From Candidatus Daviesbacteria bacterium (lineage in GTDB: Bacteria; Patescibacteriota; Microgenomatia; Daviesbacterales; UBA10151), in the NCBI GenBank assembly GCA_016176335.1, contig JACOXI010000006.1:12788-76787 (forward strand): DNA of 64,000 nt, written 5' to 3'. The position numbers and the translations under genes were made by a program. How positions within the stretch are numbered: position 1 is the first letter of the stretch; the number at the start of each line of letters is the position of its first letter. This document shows, one piece after another, positions 11,311-20,832 of the stretch. The notes under the pieces are model-generated. The model was not told the origin of the DNA. It was given only the letters and a program-made list of their open reading frames with translations, and searched no databases.

Positions 11311-12943
11311 TGATTTAATGCAAAAAATTGTAGCTCTTTGTAAAAGGCGGGGATTTGTTTTTCCAGGCTCTGAACTTTATGGAGGACTTAATGGTACATG
11401 GGACTTAGGACCACTCGGTGTTATTTTAGCAAATAATATCAAAAATGAGTGGTGGAAGAATATTGTTCTTTTGAGAGATGATGTTGTGGGTTTGGATTCG
11501 GCGATTCTTCATCACCCCAAAGTCTGGGAAGCATCTGGTCATATATATTCTTTCACGGATCCCCTCGTAGAATGCTCTGTTTGTAATGCAAGATTTAGAA
11601 CGGATCACTTAATCAAATATCCTAAGTATTATAGAGCTGTTTTAGCTGAAGCTGACGAATACGTTGATAGGAGCTTAAAGGTTGTAGAAGAAATCCATCA
11701 AAATGTTAAAAATCTCATGGTAATTTTAAACAAGCTAAATAGTAGTCGGAATCTACCTTCTCTTACTTCGGAAGAGAAAAAAGTTATAGAGGAGAGAGCA
11801 AGAATTCTGAATGAAATTATAGACGATGAGCTTAAAAAAGGTAGTAAGAAACTGGAGGAAATCGGCCTAGTAATTAAGGAAACAGCGCAGTATAAAAGAT
11901 TTAGAGGATTTTTGGTAAAGTTTCTTTATTTAGATAGGATGGTATTTTGTCCTGTATGTGGATCTAAGAATTGGTCTACCCCAAAAGATTTTAATCTTAT
12001 GTTTAAAACTCACTTGGGTCCAGTTGAAGAAAGCGGTTCTTTAATCTATCTTAGACCGGAAACAGCACAGGGTATCTTTATTAATTTCCAAAACGTATTG
12101 GATACAACACGACTAAAAATTCCTTTTGGCATTGCTCAAATTGGTAAAGGTTTCAGAAATGAGATAACAACAGGCAACTTTCTTTTCAGGGTTAGAGAAT
12201 TCGAAATGATGGAGCTAGAATTCTTCGTTAGACCAGGGGAGGGAGAAAAACAACATCAATATTGGAAAGAGGAAAGATTGAGATGGTATATAGATCTTGG
12301 AATAAATAAAGAAAATATCAAAATAATAGATTTACCAAAAGAGGAATTAGCTCATTATTCAAAGGGTACTGCAGAGATTTGGTATAAGTGGCCCTTTATG
12401 GGATTCGGAGAACTCGAGGGTGTCGCCAATCGAGGAGATTACGATCTTAAGAGGCATTCTGAATATTCGGGTAAGAAATTGGAGGTTGTTGATCCAGTAG
12501 GCGCTGAGGGAATAGAAACTCCTATGCCACCTTATACTCCATATGTGATAGAACCATCAGTAGGTGTTGGTAGAGCAATGCTAGCATTTTTAATAGATGC
12601 TTATTCTGAAGATGGAAAAAGGATAGTTTTGAAACTTCATCCGAAGTTGGCTCCATACAAAGTTGCGGTTTTTCCGCTTCTTGCAAACAAACCCGAGCTG
12701 GTCAAATTAGCCAGAGAAATTTATGTTGATCTGCGAAAGGGTTTTATGGTAGCCTGGGATGAGAGGGGTAATATTGGAGGAAGATATGCTTCTCAAGATG
12801 AGATTGGTACTCCATTTTGTGTGACTGTTGATTTCCAAAGCCTTGAGGATGAAATGGTAACTGTAAGAGATAGAGATACAACCAAACAGGATAGAGTTAA
12901 AATGGTTGACTTGAAACAGTTGTTATCTGATAAACTCATTTAA
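11303..12943 (+). CDS. glyQS: Glycine--tRNA ligase, alpha2 type, with large internal insertion
   Basis: LCKRRGF, YLRPETAQGIF, QIGKGFRNEI, ELEGVANR, VIEPSVG, HGTP anticodon domain. Confidence 0.95.
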   Translation: MDNDLMQKIVALCKRRGFVFPGSELYGGLNGTWDLGPLGVILANNIKNEWWKNIVLLRDDVVGLDSAILHHPKVWEASGHIYSFTDPLVECSVCNARFRTDHLIKYPKYYRAVLAEADEYVDRSLKVVEEIHQNVKNLMVILNKLNSSRNLPSLTSEEKKVIEERARILNEIIDDELKKGSKKLEEIGLVIKETAQYKRFRGFLVKFLYLDRMVFCPVCGSKNWSTPKDFNLMFKTHLGPVEESGSLIYLRPETAQGIFINFQNVLDTTRLKIPFGIAQIGKGFRNEITTGNFLFRVREFEMMELEFFVRPGEGEKQHQYWKEERLRWYIDLGINKENIKIIDLPKEELAHYSKGTAEIWYKWPFMGFGELEGVANRGDYDLKRHSEYSGKKLEVVDPVGAEGIETPMPPYTPYVIEPSVGVGRAMLAFLIDAYSEDGKRIVLKLHPKLAPYKVAVFPLLANKPELVKLAREIYVDLRKGFMVAWDERGNIGGRYASQDEIGTPFCVTVDFQSLEDEMVTVRDRDTTKQDRVKMVDLKQLLSDKLI

Positions 12944-13036
12944 CTCGAGTTTGCAACTCTCGTTAAATAATTTTGAACCCAAAATATCTTGTTAAAATTG
13001 CAAACTGAAGTATTTTGGGTATAGAATAGATTAGTA

Positions 13037-13975
13037 GTGGAAAAAATAAAAATCTGGTTTGCTGCCCATAAAGTAACTGCCATTTTGGCAGTTTTAATTA
13101 TCTTAATTCTTTCAGCTGCTTTATTTACTTTCCAAAAAATCATATCTAAACCTGCTGGTTCGGTTGAAGAAGTTGATCTAATTTTTGATGCAGAAGGTCC
13201 CTATGCCCAAATTTTTCCCAGAAAAGACGGCAATGCCTTGATTTTGCGCCTTACCAGAACCAGCTCTTATGATGCTATTTCCTATGAATTGGCTTATACC
13301 AGCAAAGTTTTGGAAACAGCAATACAGGGAGGTAGGGTGCTGGATGGGGGAGAATCAGCAGATTCGGCAAGCTCACTGCAGGTGGATTTGGGGAATTCGG
13401 GGACAATTGATAGAGGGGTTATAGGTACGATTAATGTATCGGAGAAAAAGGGGGAGTATGAACAGGAAATTTTGTTTGGGACCTGTTCCAAAAATATCTG
13501 TAAATACGATAAGGGTGTTGAAAATGGGACTTTGACTCTGCATATAGTACGTGTCTCCTTTGGAGGTAAAAAAAAGGCATACAGGATGGTGACACAGTGG
13601 CATTTGCAAAAACCTGATGTGGCTTTAGGGCAACTTACCTCCGGCGATGGACATTTTATTTATATGTTGGATGCAGACAGACAGACACTTGCCAACGTAG
13701 GATTTTCGATAGTAAACGACTTAACCGGTGTTCCAAAACTCCCGCCTGGTAAAGAGGTTTTAGGCAAAGTTTATTCTTTAAATGTGCCTATTGCCAAACA
13801 GCTTCCAAGTGGATCAATAAGCTTGGAATTGGTTGAAAACCCGCAGGAGGGAGCAAAACTTTATAGCCATAATGGCAGTGACTGGAAGGAGTTAGATACA
13901 AAAATTGATGGAAGTAAATTATCTGCTAAAGCAGACGGTGCAGGAATTTTTGCAGTTTTAATCCCTAGAAAATAA
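13037..13975 (+). CDS. Hypothetical membrane-anchored beta-rich surface protein
   Basis: 312-aa ORF with N-terminal TM helix. Confidence 0.7.
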   Translation: MEKIKIWFAAHKVTAILAVLIILILSAALFTFQKIISKPAGSVEEVDLIFDAEGPYAQIFPRKDGNALILRLTRTSSYDAISYELAYTSKVLETAIQGGRVLDGGESADSASSLQVDLGNSGTIDRGVIGTINVSEKKGEYEQEILFGTCSKNICKYDKGVENGTLTLHIVRVSFGGKKKAYRMVTQWHLQKPDVALGQLTSGDGHFIYMLDADRQTLANVGFSIVNDLTGVPKLPPGKEVLGKVYSLNVPIAKQLPSGSISLELVENPQEGAKLYSHNGSDWKELDTKIDGSKLSAKADGAGIFAVLIPRK

Positions 13976-13984
13976 CTATCGATT

Positions 13985-14100
13985 CAGTCGGCAACCTCGC
14001 TCTCTTGCTCACTAATGCAAGCATCCTGCGGCTAATCGCCTCGGATACGCTCGCTTCGCTCGTCTAGAGTTCGCTGTGTTCGGAGGTAGCCTCCTTCCGC
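13985..14100. repeat. GC-rich REP-like intergenic element
   Basis: Abrupt GC-rich tract with CGCTCGCTTCGCTCG-type motifs in AT-rich context. Confidence 0.5.
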
Positions 14101-14130
14101 ATAAATTTCCTTCTTGACAATTGATATTAA

Positions 14131-14170
14131 AATGGTGGAAAATGGTTATAGATGGTGAAAAAGGGTGAAA
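14131..14170 (+). promoter_or_regulatory. MraZ-binding repeats (dcw box)
   Basis: Four 10-bp-period units aatggtggaa/aatggttata/gatggtgaaa/aagggtgaaa upstream of mraZ. Confidence 0.75.
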
Positions 14171-14247
14171 ACCCTTAGATTTTCTGCCCAGAAAGACCGC
14201 CTTCGTCAAGATGACTTGGCTTCGGCGAGATCAAAGAGGATGTCCTC

Positions 14248-14658
14248 ATGTTTTTGGGCGAATATCCAACACAATTTTCAGGACGCGGCAGAGTAATACT
14301 ACCTAAAAAATTAAGAGAAGGAATCTCGGGTGACGAGATTATATTAAGTAAAGGATTTGAAGGTTGTATATGGGGATTTAATAAGAAGGTATGGGAGAAA
14401 GAAGCGGAAAAGCAACTTGAGGTGTCAAGTTTGGATGAAAAGGCAAGGCTTATGAGAAGATATATATTCTCATCAAGCATTACAGTGGAATTGGATGGAC
14501 AAGGTAGATTTGTGATTCCACAAAGCCTTCTTAATTATGCACAGGTTAAAGGGGGAGTGGTAATAATAGGAGCCGGTGATCATTTTGAGGTTTGGCAAAA
14601 GAGTTTATGGGGAAAGCACTTAAGGGCAATAGAGAAGGAATATGGAAGATTACCATGA
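14248..14658 (+). CDS. mraZ: Transcriptional regulator MraZ
   Basis: MFLGEY, GRVILP, DGQGRFVIP, GAGDHFEVW. Confidence 0.95.
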   Translation: MFLGEYPTQFSGRGRVILPKKLREGISGDEIILSKGFEGCIWGFNKKVWEKEAEKQLEVSSLDEKARLMRRYIFSSSITVELDGQGRFVIPQSLLNYAQVKGGVVIIGAGDHFEVWQKSLWGKHLRAIEKEYGRLP

Positions 14659-15595
14659 GGGGAACCCTCTGATAGGTAAGACCTATCATAACAGCGTTTT
14701 TTTGAAAGAGGTAATGGGTGCACTCGACCCCGCCTATGGCGGGGTCAATATCCGAGATGCCTGGTATATAGATTGTACCTTAGGCGACGGAGGGCATTCG
14801 ATAGAAATCATCAAGCGGGGTGGGAGAGTTATTGGAATAGACGTAGACCCGCAGGCCCTTGGGAGAGTGCAAGAAAGGTTTAAAGAATTGGGGTATTTGG
14901 GGATTTTAGGGGAAAGAATCAAGTTAGTTCAGGGAAATTTTAGGGATGTTAAAAAATTAATACAGCAGACGGACGCCGGAAAAGAATTTGCAGGTGCCAT
15001 ATTTGATCTGGGGGTTTCCTCTGTGCAGCTTGAAACCCCTGGAAGGGGTTTTTCTTTCTCCAAAGAGGGACCCTTGGATATGAGAATGGATCCGACTTTA
15101 CAAGTTCGTGCTTTAGACCTTATTAATGCTGGCGGAAGAAAGGAACTGAATGAGTTATTTAGTCGTTTGGGTGAAGAAAAATATTCTAGGCGTCTGGCTG
15201 ACGCTTTGGTACTCGCCCGTGAAATAAGAGGAAAGGATATAAGAACAACCAGGGATCTGGCTGATTTTGTGGAAAAGGTGGTGGGAGGAAGAAAGGGCAG
15301 GATCCATCCTGCAACTCAAGTGTTTCAGGCCCTAAGAATAGCCGTGAATGATGAGTTGGGAGCTTTACAGGAAGGGTTGGATCAAATAATAGATCTAATG
15401 GAGAAGAAGGGCAGAATCGTGGTTATTAGTTTTCATTCATTGGAGGATAGGATTGTTAAATTTACTTTTAGAAAATGGGAGGAGGGGGGGAAGGGTTTGA
15501 TTATAACGGAAAGACCGATTGTACCATCAGATGATGAGGTGAGAAATAATCCTAGGTCGAGGTCGGCAAAGATGAGAGTTTTTCAAAGATTATGA
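14642..15595 (+). CDS. rsmH: 16S rRNA m4C1402 methyltransferase
   Basis: DCTLGDGGHS, DLGVSS, PLDMRMD, ISFHSLEDRIVK, NPRSRSAK. Confidence 0.97.
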   Translation: MEDYHEGNPLIGKTYHNSVFLKEVMGALDPAYGGVNIRDAWYIDCTLGDGGHSIEIIKRGGRVIGIDVDPQALGRVQERFKELGYLGILGERIKLVQGNFRDVKKLIQQTDAGKEFAGAIFDLGVSSVQLETPGRGFSFSKEGPLDMRMDPTLQVRALDLINAGGRKELNELFSRLGEEKYSRRLADALVLAREIRGKDIRTTRDLADFVEKVVGGRKGRIHPATQVFQALRIAVNDELGALQEGLDQIIDLMEKKGRIVVISFHSLEDRIVKFTFRKWEEGGKGLIITERPIVPSDDEVRNNPRSRSAKMRVFQRL

Positions 15596-15888
15596 CAATC
15601 ATTAAAAAATTTGAACCGGAACTGCCACAAAAGAGAATTTCTAAAAAATTGGTTGTATCCATATTAGCATGCCTTTTTGTATTAACTTTGGTGCAAATTT
15701 GGGTTTCTAATACCCTTGTTTCCTACGGTGAGAAGTTTGAAAGACTTTCTTCTCTTGAGCAAACCTTAAAAACAGCAAATCAGATTCTTGAAAATGAAAT
15801 AGCAAAAAAAGCTTCATTGACAAACTTGGCCACAGAATCAGCTGAACTTGGTTTTTATAAACAGGAGAGTATACAATATATTCGTTGA
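15592..15888 (+). CDS. ftsL: FtsL-like cell division protein
   Basis: TM plus coiled coil, AELG motif, located between rsmH and ftsI. Confidence 0.7.
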   Translation: MTIIKKFEPELPQKRISKKLVVSILACLFVLTLVQIWVSNTLVSYGEKFERLSSLEQTLKTANQILENEIAKKASLTNLATESAELGFYKQESIQYIR

Positions 15889-17588
15889 TGCGAATTTATT
15901 GGATAAAAATTTTCTTTCTTCTTTTCTTTTTAGCGATCTTTCTACGACTTTTCTATTGGCAAATAATAAGGGGTGAATTTCTACAAGCACAAGCCGAAGG
16001 TCAACACTTTACCGATGTTACACTAAAAGCTATCCGGGGAAAAGTATTCTTTTCCGACGGAAGTTTGCTTGCCTCGTCAAACCCTTCTTACCTGTTATTT
16101 GGTCTGCCGAAAGTTATCAAGGAAGACAAAAGGGTAGATACCGCATACGCTCTTGCCAAAATTATTGCCGGGTCGGATGCAAAAGATGTTTCGGAGGTTG
16201 CAAAAGATACCATCAATAAACTTTCCCAGGATCTTTATTGGATTAGACTTTACAGTAATATAACAGTTGAGCAAAAAAAAGCAATTGAGCGGTTAAACAT
16301 ATCAGGGATGGGCTTTGAGCAGGGAAGTGTCAGGTTTTACCCGGAGGGGTCTTCATCTGCTCATCTTCTTGGTTTTGTTGGGAAGGATGCCAAGGGTGAT
16401 GATAAGGGATATTTTGGGTTGGAAGGATATTATGATGGTGAATTGCGCAGTCTTAAAGGATTGGTCAGGCAAGAAAGAGATGCGGTTGGTTTACCTATCC
16501 TGATTGGTAATTTCCAAACAACAAATGCGAGAAACGGTAAGGATTTAATCTTAAATATTGATAGATCTGTTCAATTTATTGTGGAGCAAGCTCTCAAAAA
16601 TGGTCTTGAAAAATATGGAGCAAAATCCGCATCAGCAGTTGTCATGGAACCAAAAACAGGTAATATTTTGGCCCTTGCTTCTTTTCCAAACTATGATCCG
16701 CTAAATTATTTTAATTACCCAAAAGAATACTACAAGAATCCGATAGTTGCAGATCTTTATGAACCCGGTTCAACTTTTAAAGTTTTGGTCATGGCAGCGG
16801 CCTTAAATGAAGAAGCGGTTAAGCCGGATACAGAGTGTGATATTTGCCAAGGGCCAACCTCAATTGGGGGATTTATCTTGAGAACCTGGAATAATAAGTA
16901 TTTCCCTAATACCAACATGCGTGATGTGATAGTACACTCTGATAATATAGGAATGGTTTTTGCGGGTAAAAAATTGGGGTTAGATAAGTTTTACTCATAT
17001 CTTGAAGATTTTGGTTTGGGTACTCCGTCAAATATAGACTTACAAGATGATTTCTCATCAGATATTAGAGCAAGAGCAGAGTGGAGAGAAATAGACTTGG
17101 CAACAGCATCTTTTGGTCAGGGAATTGCTGTAACAGGTATACAAATGGTTAAAGCTGTAGCAGCAATTGCCAATGGGGGAAAATTAATGGAGCCCCATGT
17201 TGTCAATAAAATTTCCGATGAGAATGGAGTTTTTGAAATCAAGCCTAAAGTGATAAAAGAAGTTATTAAAGAATCTACTGCCCAGCAGGTTAAAGAAATG
17301 ATGGTGGCGGCAGTTTCAGAAGGGGAGGCAAAATTTGCCAAGCCAAAAGGATTTAAAATAGCCGGTAAAACAGGTACTGCCCAAATTCCGGTAGCAGGAC
17401 ATTATGATCCCAATAAAACTATAGCCTCTTTTGTAGGATTTGCACCAGCCGATCATCCAAAATTTGTCATGTTGGTACGTTTCGATCAACCCTCATCATC
17501 CATATATGGTTCGGAAACCGCTGCTCCAACCTTTTTTGAAATTGCCAAAGAACTTTTTACATATTATAAAATTGCACCGGACGAGTAA
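15885..17588 (+). CDS. ftsI: Class B penicillin-binding protein FtsI
   Basis: EPGSTFK (SxxK), SDN, KTGTAQ. Confidence 0.93.
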   Translation: MMRIYWIKIFFLLFFLAIFLRLFYWQIIRGEFLQAQAEGQHFTDVTLKAIRGKVFFSDGSLLASSNPSYLLFGLPKVIKEDKRVDTAYALAKIIAGSDAKDVSEVAKDTINKLSQDLYWIRLYSNITVEQKKAIERLNISGMGFEQGSVRFYPEGSSSAHLLGFVGKDAKGDDKGYFGLEGYYDGELRSLKGLVRQERDAVGLPILIGNFQTTNARNGKDLILNIDRSVQFIVEQALKNGLEKYGAKSASAVVMEPKTGNILALASFPNYDPLNYFNYPKEYYKNPIVADLYEPGSTFKVLVMAAALNEEAVKPDTECDICQGPTSIGGFILRTWNNKYFPNTNMRDVIVHSDNIGMVFAGKKLGLDKFYSYLEDFGLGTPSNIDLQDDFSSDIRARAEWREIDLATASFGQGIAVTGIQMVKAVAAIANGGKLMEPHVVNKISDENGVFEIKPKVIKEVIKESTAQQVKEMMVAAVSEGEAKFAKPKGFKIAGKTGTAQIPVAGHYDPNKTIASFVGFAPADHPKFVMLVRFDQPSSSIYGSETAAPTFFEIAKELFTYYKIAPDE

Positions 17589-17602
17589 GTGCGGCAATAA
17601 TG

Positions 17603-17710
17603 TATAATCGCTTGCGATTACATCGCGTCGCTTCTTATCTGCAAGAGAGGCATGTAGCGACTCATAACGCGATGCGTTATAATCGTTTACGATTACATCG
17701 TTCACTTCTT
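17603..17710. repeat. Two imperfect 33-34 bp direct repeats with internal palindrome
   Basis: TATAATCGCTTGCGATTACATCGCGTCGCTTCTT (17603-17636) and TATAATCGTTTACGATTACATCGTTCACTTCTT (17678-17710). Confidence 0.8.
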
Positions 17711-17736
17711 GTAACGTGGACGTTATAATTAGCCTC

Positions 17737-18939
17737 ATGAATCTGATAAGGAAGATAGCCAAAAAATTTCTTCCGCAAAAAATTATTAATATTTTTTATC
17801 ATTTACCAAAAGCTTTTTTGGCAAATGTAGTATATGGTTTCCCTACAAGGCGACTAAAAGTAGGAGGGGGACTTACAGTGATTGGAGTTACCGGAACAGA
17901 CGGGAAAACCACCACCGTAAACATGATTTATCAAATACTTAAAGTGGCGGGGAAAAAAGTTTCTATGATCTCTACTATTAATGCTCCAGGTTTTCATGTT
18001 ACTTCTCCTGATCCGTTTGCGGTGCAAAGACTTGCCAAGAAAGCCAAAGTTTCAGGTGATAAATATTTAATTTTGGAAGTAACTTCACATGCTTTGGATC
18101 AATATAGATTTTGGGGTATTAAATTTGATGTTGGTGTTGTGACAAATATCACACATGAACATTTGGATTACCACAAAACTTTTGAAAATTACCTTAATGT
18201 AAAAACGTTCCTACTTAAGAATGTCAAATTTGCCATAGTGAATGATAATTTAAGGGAAGTTTTAGGAAAAAAAAGCGGTAAACTAATTACTTTTGGATTA
18301 GATAAAGGAGATTTTAGTCAGAGGCAGATCAGGCTAAATTTAAAAATTTTTGGTGATTACAATTTGGAGAATGCTTTGGCAGCACTGGCCTGCGGGTTCG
18401 TTTTGGATATTGATAGAAAAATTGCCCAAAGAGCATTGGAAAGATTTGGTGGAATAACTGGCAGAATGGAAGAGATTAAAAATAATAAGGGTATAAAAAT
18501 CTTTATTGATTTTGCACATACACCAAATGCGCTGTTACAAGCTCTTCAAGCCTTAAGACCCAAAACTTCAGGTAGATTGATTGCAGTATTTGGATCAGCA
18601 GGGAAAAGAGATGTTGAAAAAAGAAGTTTAATGGGTGAGATTGCTGCCAGGCAAGCAGATATAGTTGTGGTAACAGCAGAAGATCCCAGAGGAGAGATAG
18701 AACAAATTAATGTAGAGATTACAAAAGGCGCGAAAAAGATGGGGTTAAAGGAAGGGATAAATTTATTTATAACACATGACAGACAAAAAGCTATCAGCCT
18801 CGTTGTAAATGATTTGGCCAGAAAAGGAGATGTAGTGGGGATTTTTGGAAAAGGGCACGAAACATCGATGAATTTGGATGGGAGAAAAGAAATTCCCTGG
18901 TCTGATTTTGAAGCAGTAAAAAAAGCTCTAAATGGATAA
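17737..18939 (+). CDS. murE: Mur ligase, MurE-like
   Basis: GVTGTDGKTTT, EVTSH, TNITHEHLDYH, DFAHTP, GKGHE. Confidence 0.88.
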   Translation: MNLIRKIAKKFLPQKIINIFYHLPKAFLANVVYGFPTRRLKVGGGLTVIGVTGTDGKTTTVNMIYQILKVAGKKVSMISTINAPGFHVTSPDPFAVQRLAKKAKVSGDKYLILEVTSHALDQYRFWGIKFDVGVVTNITHEHLDYHKTFENYLNVKTFLLKNVKFAIVNDNLREVLGKKSGKLITFGLDKGDFSQRQIRLNLKIFGDYNLENALAALACGFVLDIDRKIAQRALERFGGITGRMEEIKNNKGIKIFIDFAHTPNALLQALQALRPKTSGRLIAVFGSAGKRDVEKRSLMGEIAARQADIVVVTAEDPRGEIEQINVEITKGAKKMGLKEGINLFITHDRQKAISLVVNDLARKGDVVGIFGKGHETSMNLDGRKEIPWSDFEAVKKALNG

Positions 18940-19516
18940 CAAATTCAAATTAATAATTGATTCTTTTGGTCATGACAAATTTAAATTCGATGAACCTATT
19001 AGTAATTATAGTGCCTTGAATGTTGGTGGGCCGGCTAAATTATTTTTTATCGCCTTTACCACCGGGGAATTGGTGAAAATTATTAAAATGTGTAGAGATT
19101 TACGCCTTCCCTATTTTTTGTTTGGAACCGGAACTAAAATGATGATTTCGGATCAGGGATTTTTGGGATTGGTAATAAAAAACAGAACTAAAAATATCCA
19201 AACAATTTCGGTTAAGGGCAAAGTATCAAGATTCGGGGTGGGTGTGGAAGAGGCTTTGATTGAAGTGGATTCCGGTGTTAGTTTGGGTAAATTCGCCGAA
19301 GAGTTGGAAAGACAAAATCTTTCAGCGGAGAGTTTCAAGGGTATTCCGGGGAGCATCGGCGGAAATCTTTTGGTGAGCACTGTTTTGCAAAAATTAGTAA
19401 AAAGTATTAAAGTATTAGGTCAAGGTTCAGAAATAGGGGAAATAAATTCTGAAAGTTTAAGCTTTAAAAAGCATATAATTCTATCAGCAGTTTTTAAGAT
19501 AAAAGCAAAAGAATGA
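18932..19516 (+). CDS. murB: Short MurB-like protein (FAD-binding part only)
   Basis: VGGPA, GTGTK, GIPGSIGG; only 194 aa, C-terminal domain absent. Confidence 0.7.
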   Translation: MDNKFKLIIDSFGHDKFKFDEPISNYSALNVGGPAKLFFIAFTTGELVKIIKMCRDLRLPYFLFGTGTKMMISDQGFLGLVIKNRTKNIQTISVKGKVSRFGVGVEEALIEVDSGVSLGKFAEELERQNLSAESFKGIPGSIGGNLLVSTVLQKLVKSIKVLGQGSEIGEINSESLSFKKHIILSAVFKIKAKE

Positions 19517-19531
19517 TTATACGGAGTAAGT

Positions 19532-19576
19532 ATGAAGTATCAAATTGCGGGAGGTAAAAAGCTGGAAATGGAGTGA
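19532..19576 (+). pseudogene. Orphan duplicate of the murA 5' end (MKYQIAGGKKLEME*)
   Basis: Own GGAG RBS; aligns with MurA start MRYIINGGHRLDGE 47 nt downstream. Confidence 0.6.
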
Positions 19577-19578
19577 AT

Positions 19579-20832
19579 ATGCGATACATAATTAACGGAG
19601 GACATCGGTTGGATGGAGAAACCCGAGTTTCAGGAAATAAAAACTCTATTTTTCCTTGTGTTTCCGCAGCTCTTTTGACCAAGGATGAGGTTGTTTTGGA
19701 AAATATTTCCAATATCCGCGATGTGGAGATTTTAGTGGAGATTCTTAAAAAATTGGGAGTTTTGGTAGAAAGAGAGGGGTCTAAACTTATTATTAGGGCG
19801 AAAGATATTAAAACTGTTAATTTACCCCAAACTCTCATGACAAAACTTCGGGGTTCAATAGTTTTGGTGGGTGCTATTTTAGCAAGGAAAGGAAAAGTTA
19901 ATTTTTATCATCCGGGAGGAGATATCATTGGCCAAAGAAGTATCGGGGTTCATCTGGCAGGCTTAAAAAAGTTGGGCGCCACCTTAAAAAAAAATGATCT
20001 TAAATACTCTCTTCAACTTATGGAGGGAGCAACTTCCGCTACTGTTTTTCTAACAGAGTCTTCCGTCACAGCCACCGAGAATTTGATTTTGTCATGCGTT
20101 TTGGGGAGTAAAAAGGTTATTTTGAAAAACTGTCCGGTTGAACCGCATATTTTAGACTTATGTTCGATGTTACTTAAGATGGGTGCAAAAATTGAGGGAG
20201 TTGGTACGCATACCCTTCTGATTGAGGGTGTGGAGCAATTGTCTGGAACTCGTTTTAAGATAGGTATAGATTTTATTGAAGTTGGGACATATGCTATCGC
20301 AGCTGCGATTACGGGTGGTAAGGTTACTATCAGGGGTTTGGATAATACTGAATTGGATCCAATTTTCGAACCTCTTTCACGTTTTGGGATTGAGATTGAT
20401 TCCAAAGGAGATACCCTTACTGTTTTTTCAGACAAACTAAAGGCAGTTTCTAAAATTACCACTAATGTTTGGCCGGGTTTTCCGACAGATTTAATGAGTG
20501 CTGCAATTGTTTTGGCAACTCAAAGTAAAGGTATGACTCTGTGCCACGACTGGATGTATGAGTCTAGAATGTTTTTTGTGGATAAATTGATTTCTATGGG
20601 AGCAAAAATCAATCTTGCCGACCCGCATAGAGTATTTGTTTTAGGTCCTACCAAACTTAGGGGAAGAATGCTGGAGACTCCCGATATAAGAGCCGGTATG
20701 GCTTTAGTTTTGGCCGCCCTGATTGCTAAAGGTAAGAGTACCATAAATCAAGCGGAACTGATTGAACGGGGATATGAGGATGTTGTCGGTAAATTAAGAA
20801 GTCTGGGCGCAGACATCGAAAAAGAATCATAA
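19579..20832 (+). CDS. murA: UDP-N-acetylglucosamine 1-carboxyvinyltransferase (Cys-to-Asp variant)
   Basis: SGNKN, LRGSI, PGGDIIGQR, SVTATEN, PGFPTD, PDIRAG, IERGYE. Confidence 0.95.
   Translation: MRYIINGGHRLDGETRVSGNKNSIFPCVSAALLTKDEVVLENISNIRDVEILVEILKKLGVLVEREGSKLIIRAKDIKTVNLPQTLMTKLRGSIVLVGAILARKGKVNFYHPGGDIIGQRSIGVHLAGLKKLGATLKKNDLKYSLQLMEGATSATVFLTESSVTATENLILSCVLGSKKVILKNCPVEPHILDLCSMLLKMGAKIEGVGTHTLLIEGVEQLSGTRFKIGIDFIEVGTYAIAAAITGGKVTIRGLDNTELDPIFEPLSRFGIEIDSKGDTLTVFSDKLKAVSKITTNVWPGFPTDLMSAAIVLATQSKGMTLCHDWMYESRMFFVDKLISMGAKINLADPHRVFVLGPTKLRGRMLETPDIRAGMALVLAALIAKGKSTINQAELIERGYEDVVGKLRSLGADIEKES

Noticed and set aside
11610-11945. Intein in GlyRS
   Set aside because: No N-terminal C/S splice block, no HN-C/S/T end, no LAGLIDADG motifs
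14012-14209. 65-aa minus-strand ORF
   Set aside because: Runs through the repeat element and MraZ boxes; composition is not protein-like
17603-17710. Possible mini CRISPR array (33-34-bp palindromic repeats, 41-bp spacer)
   Set aside because: Only two diverged copies, no cas genes, and located inside the dcw cluster
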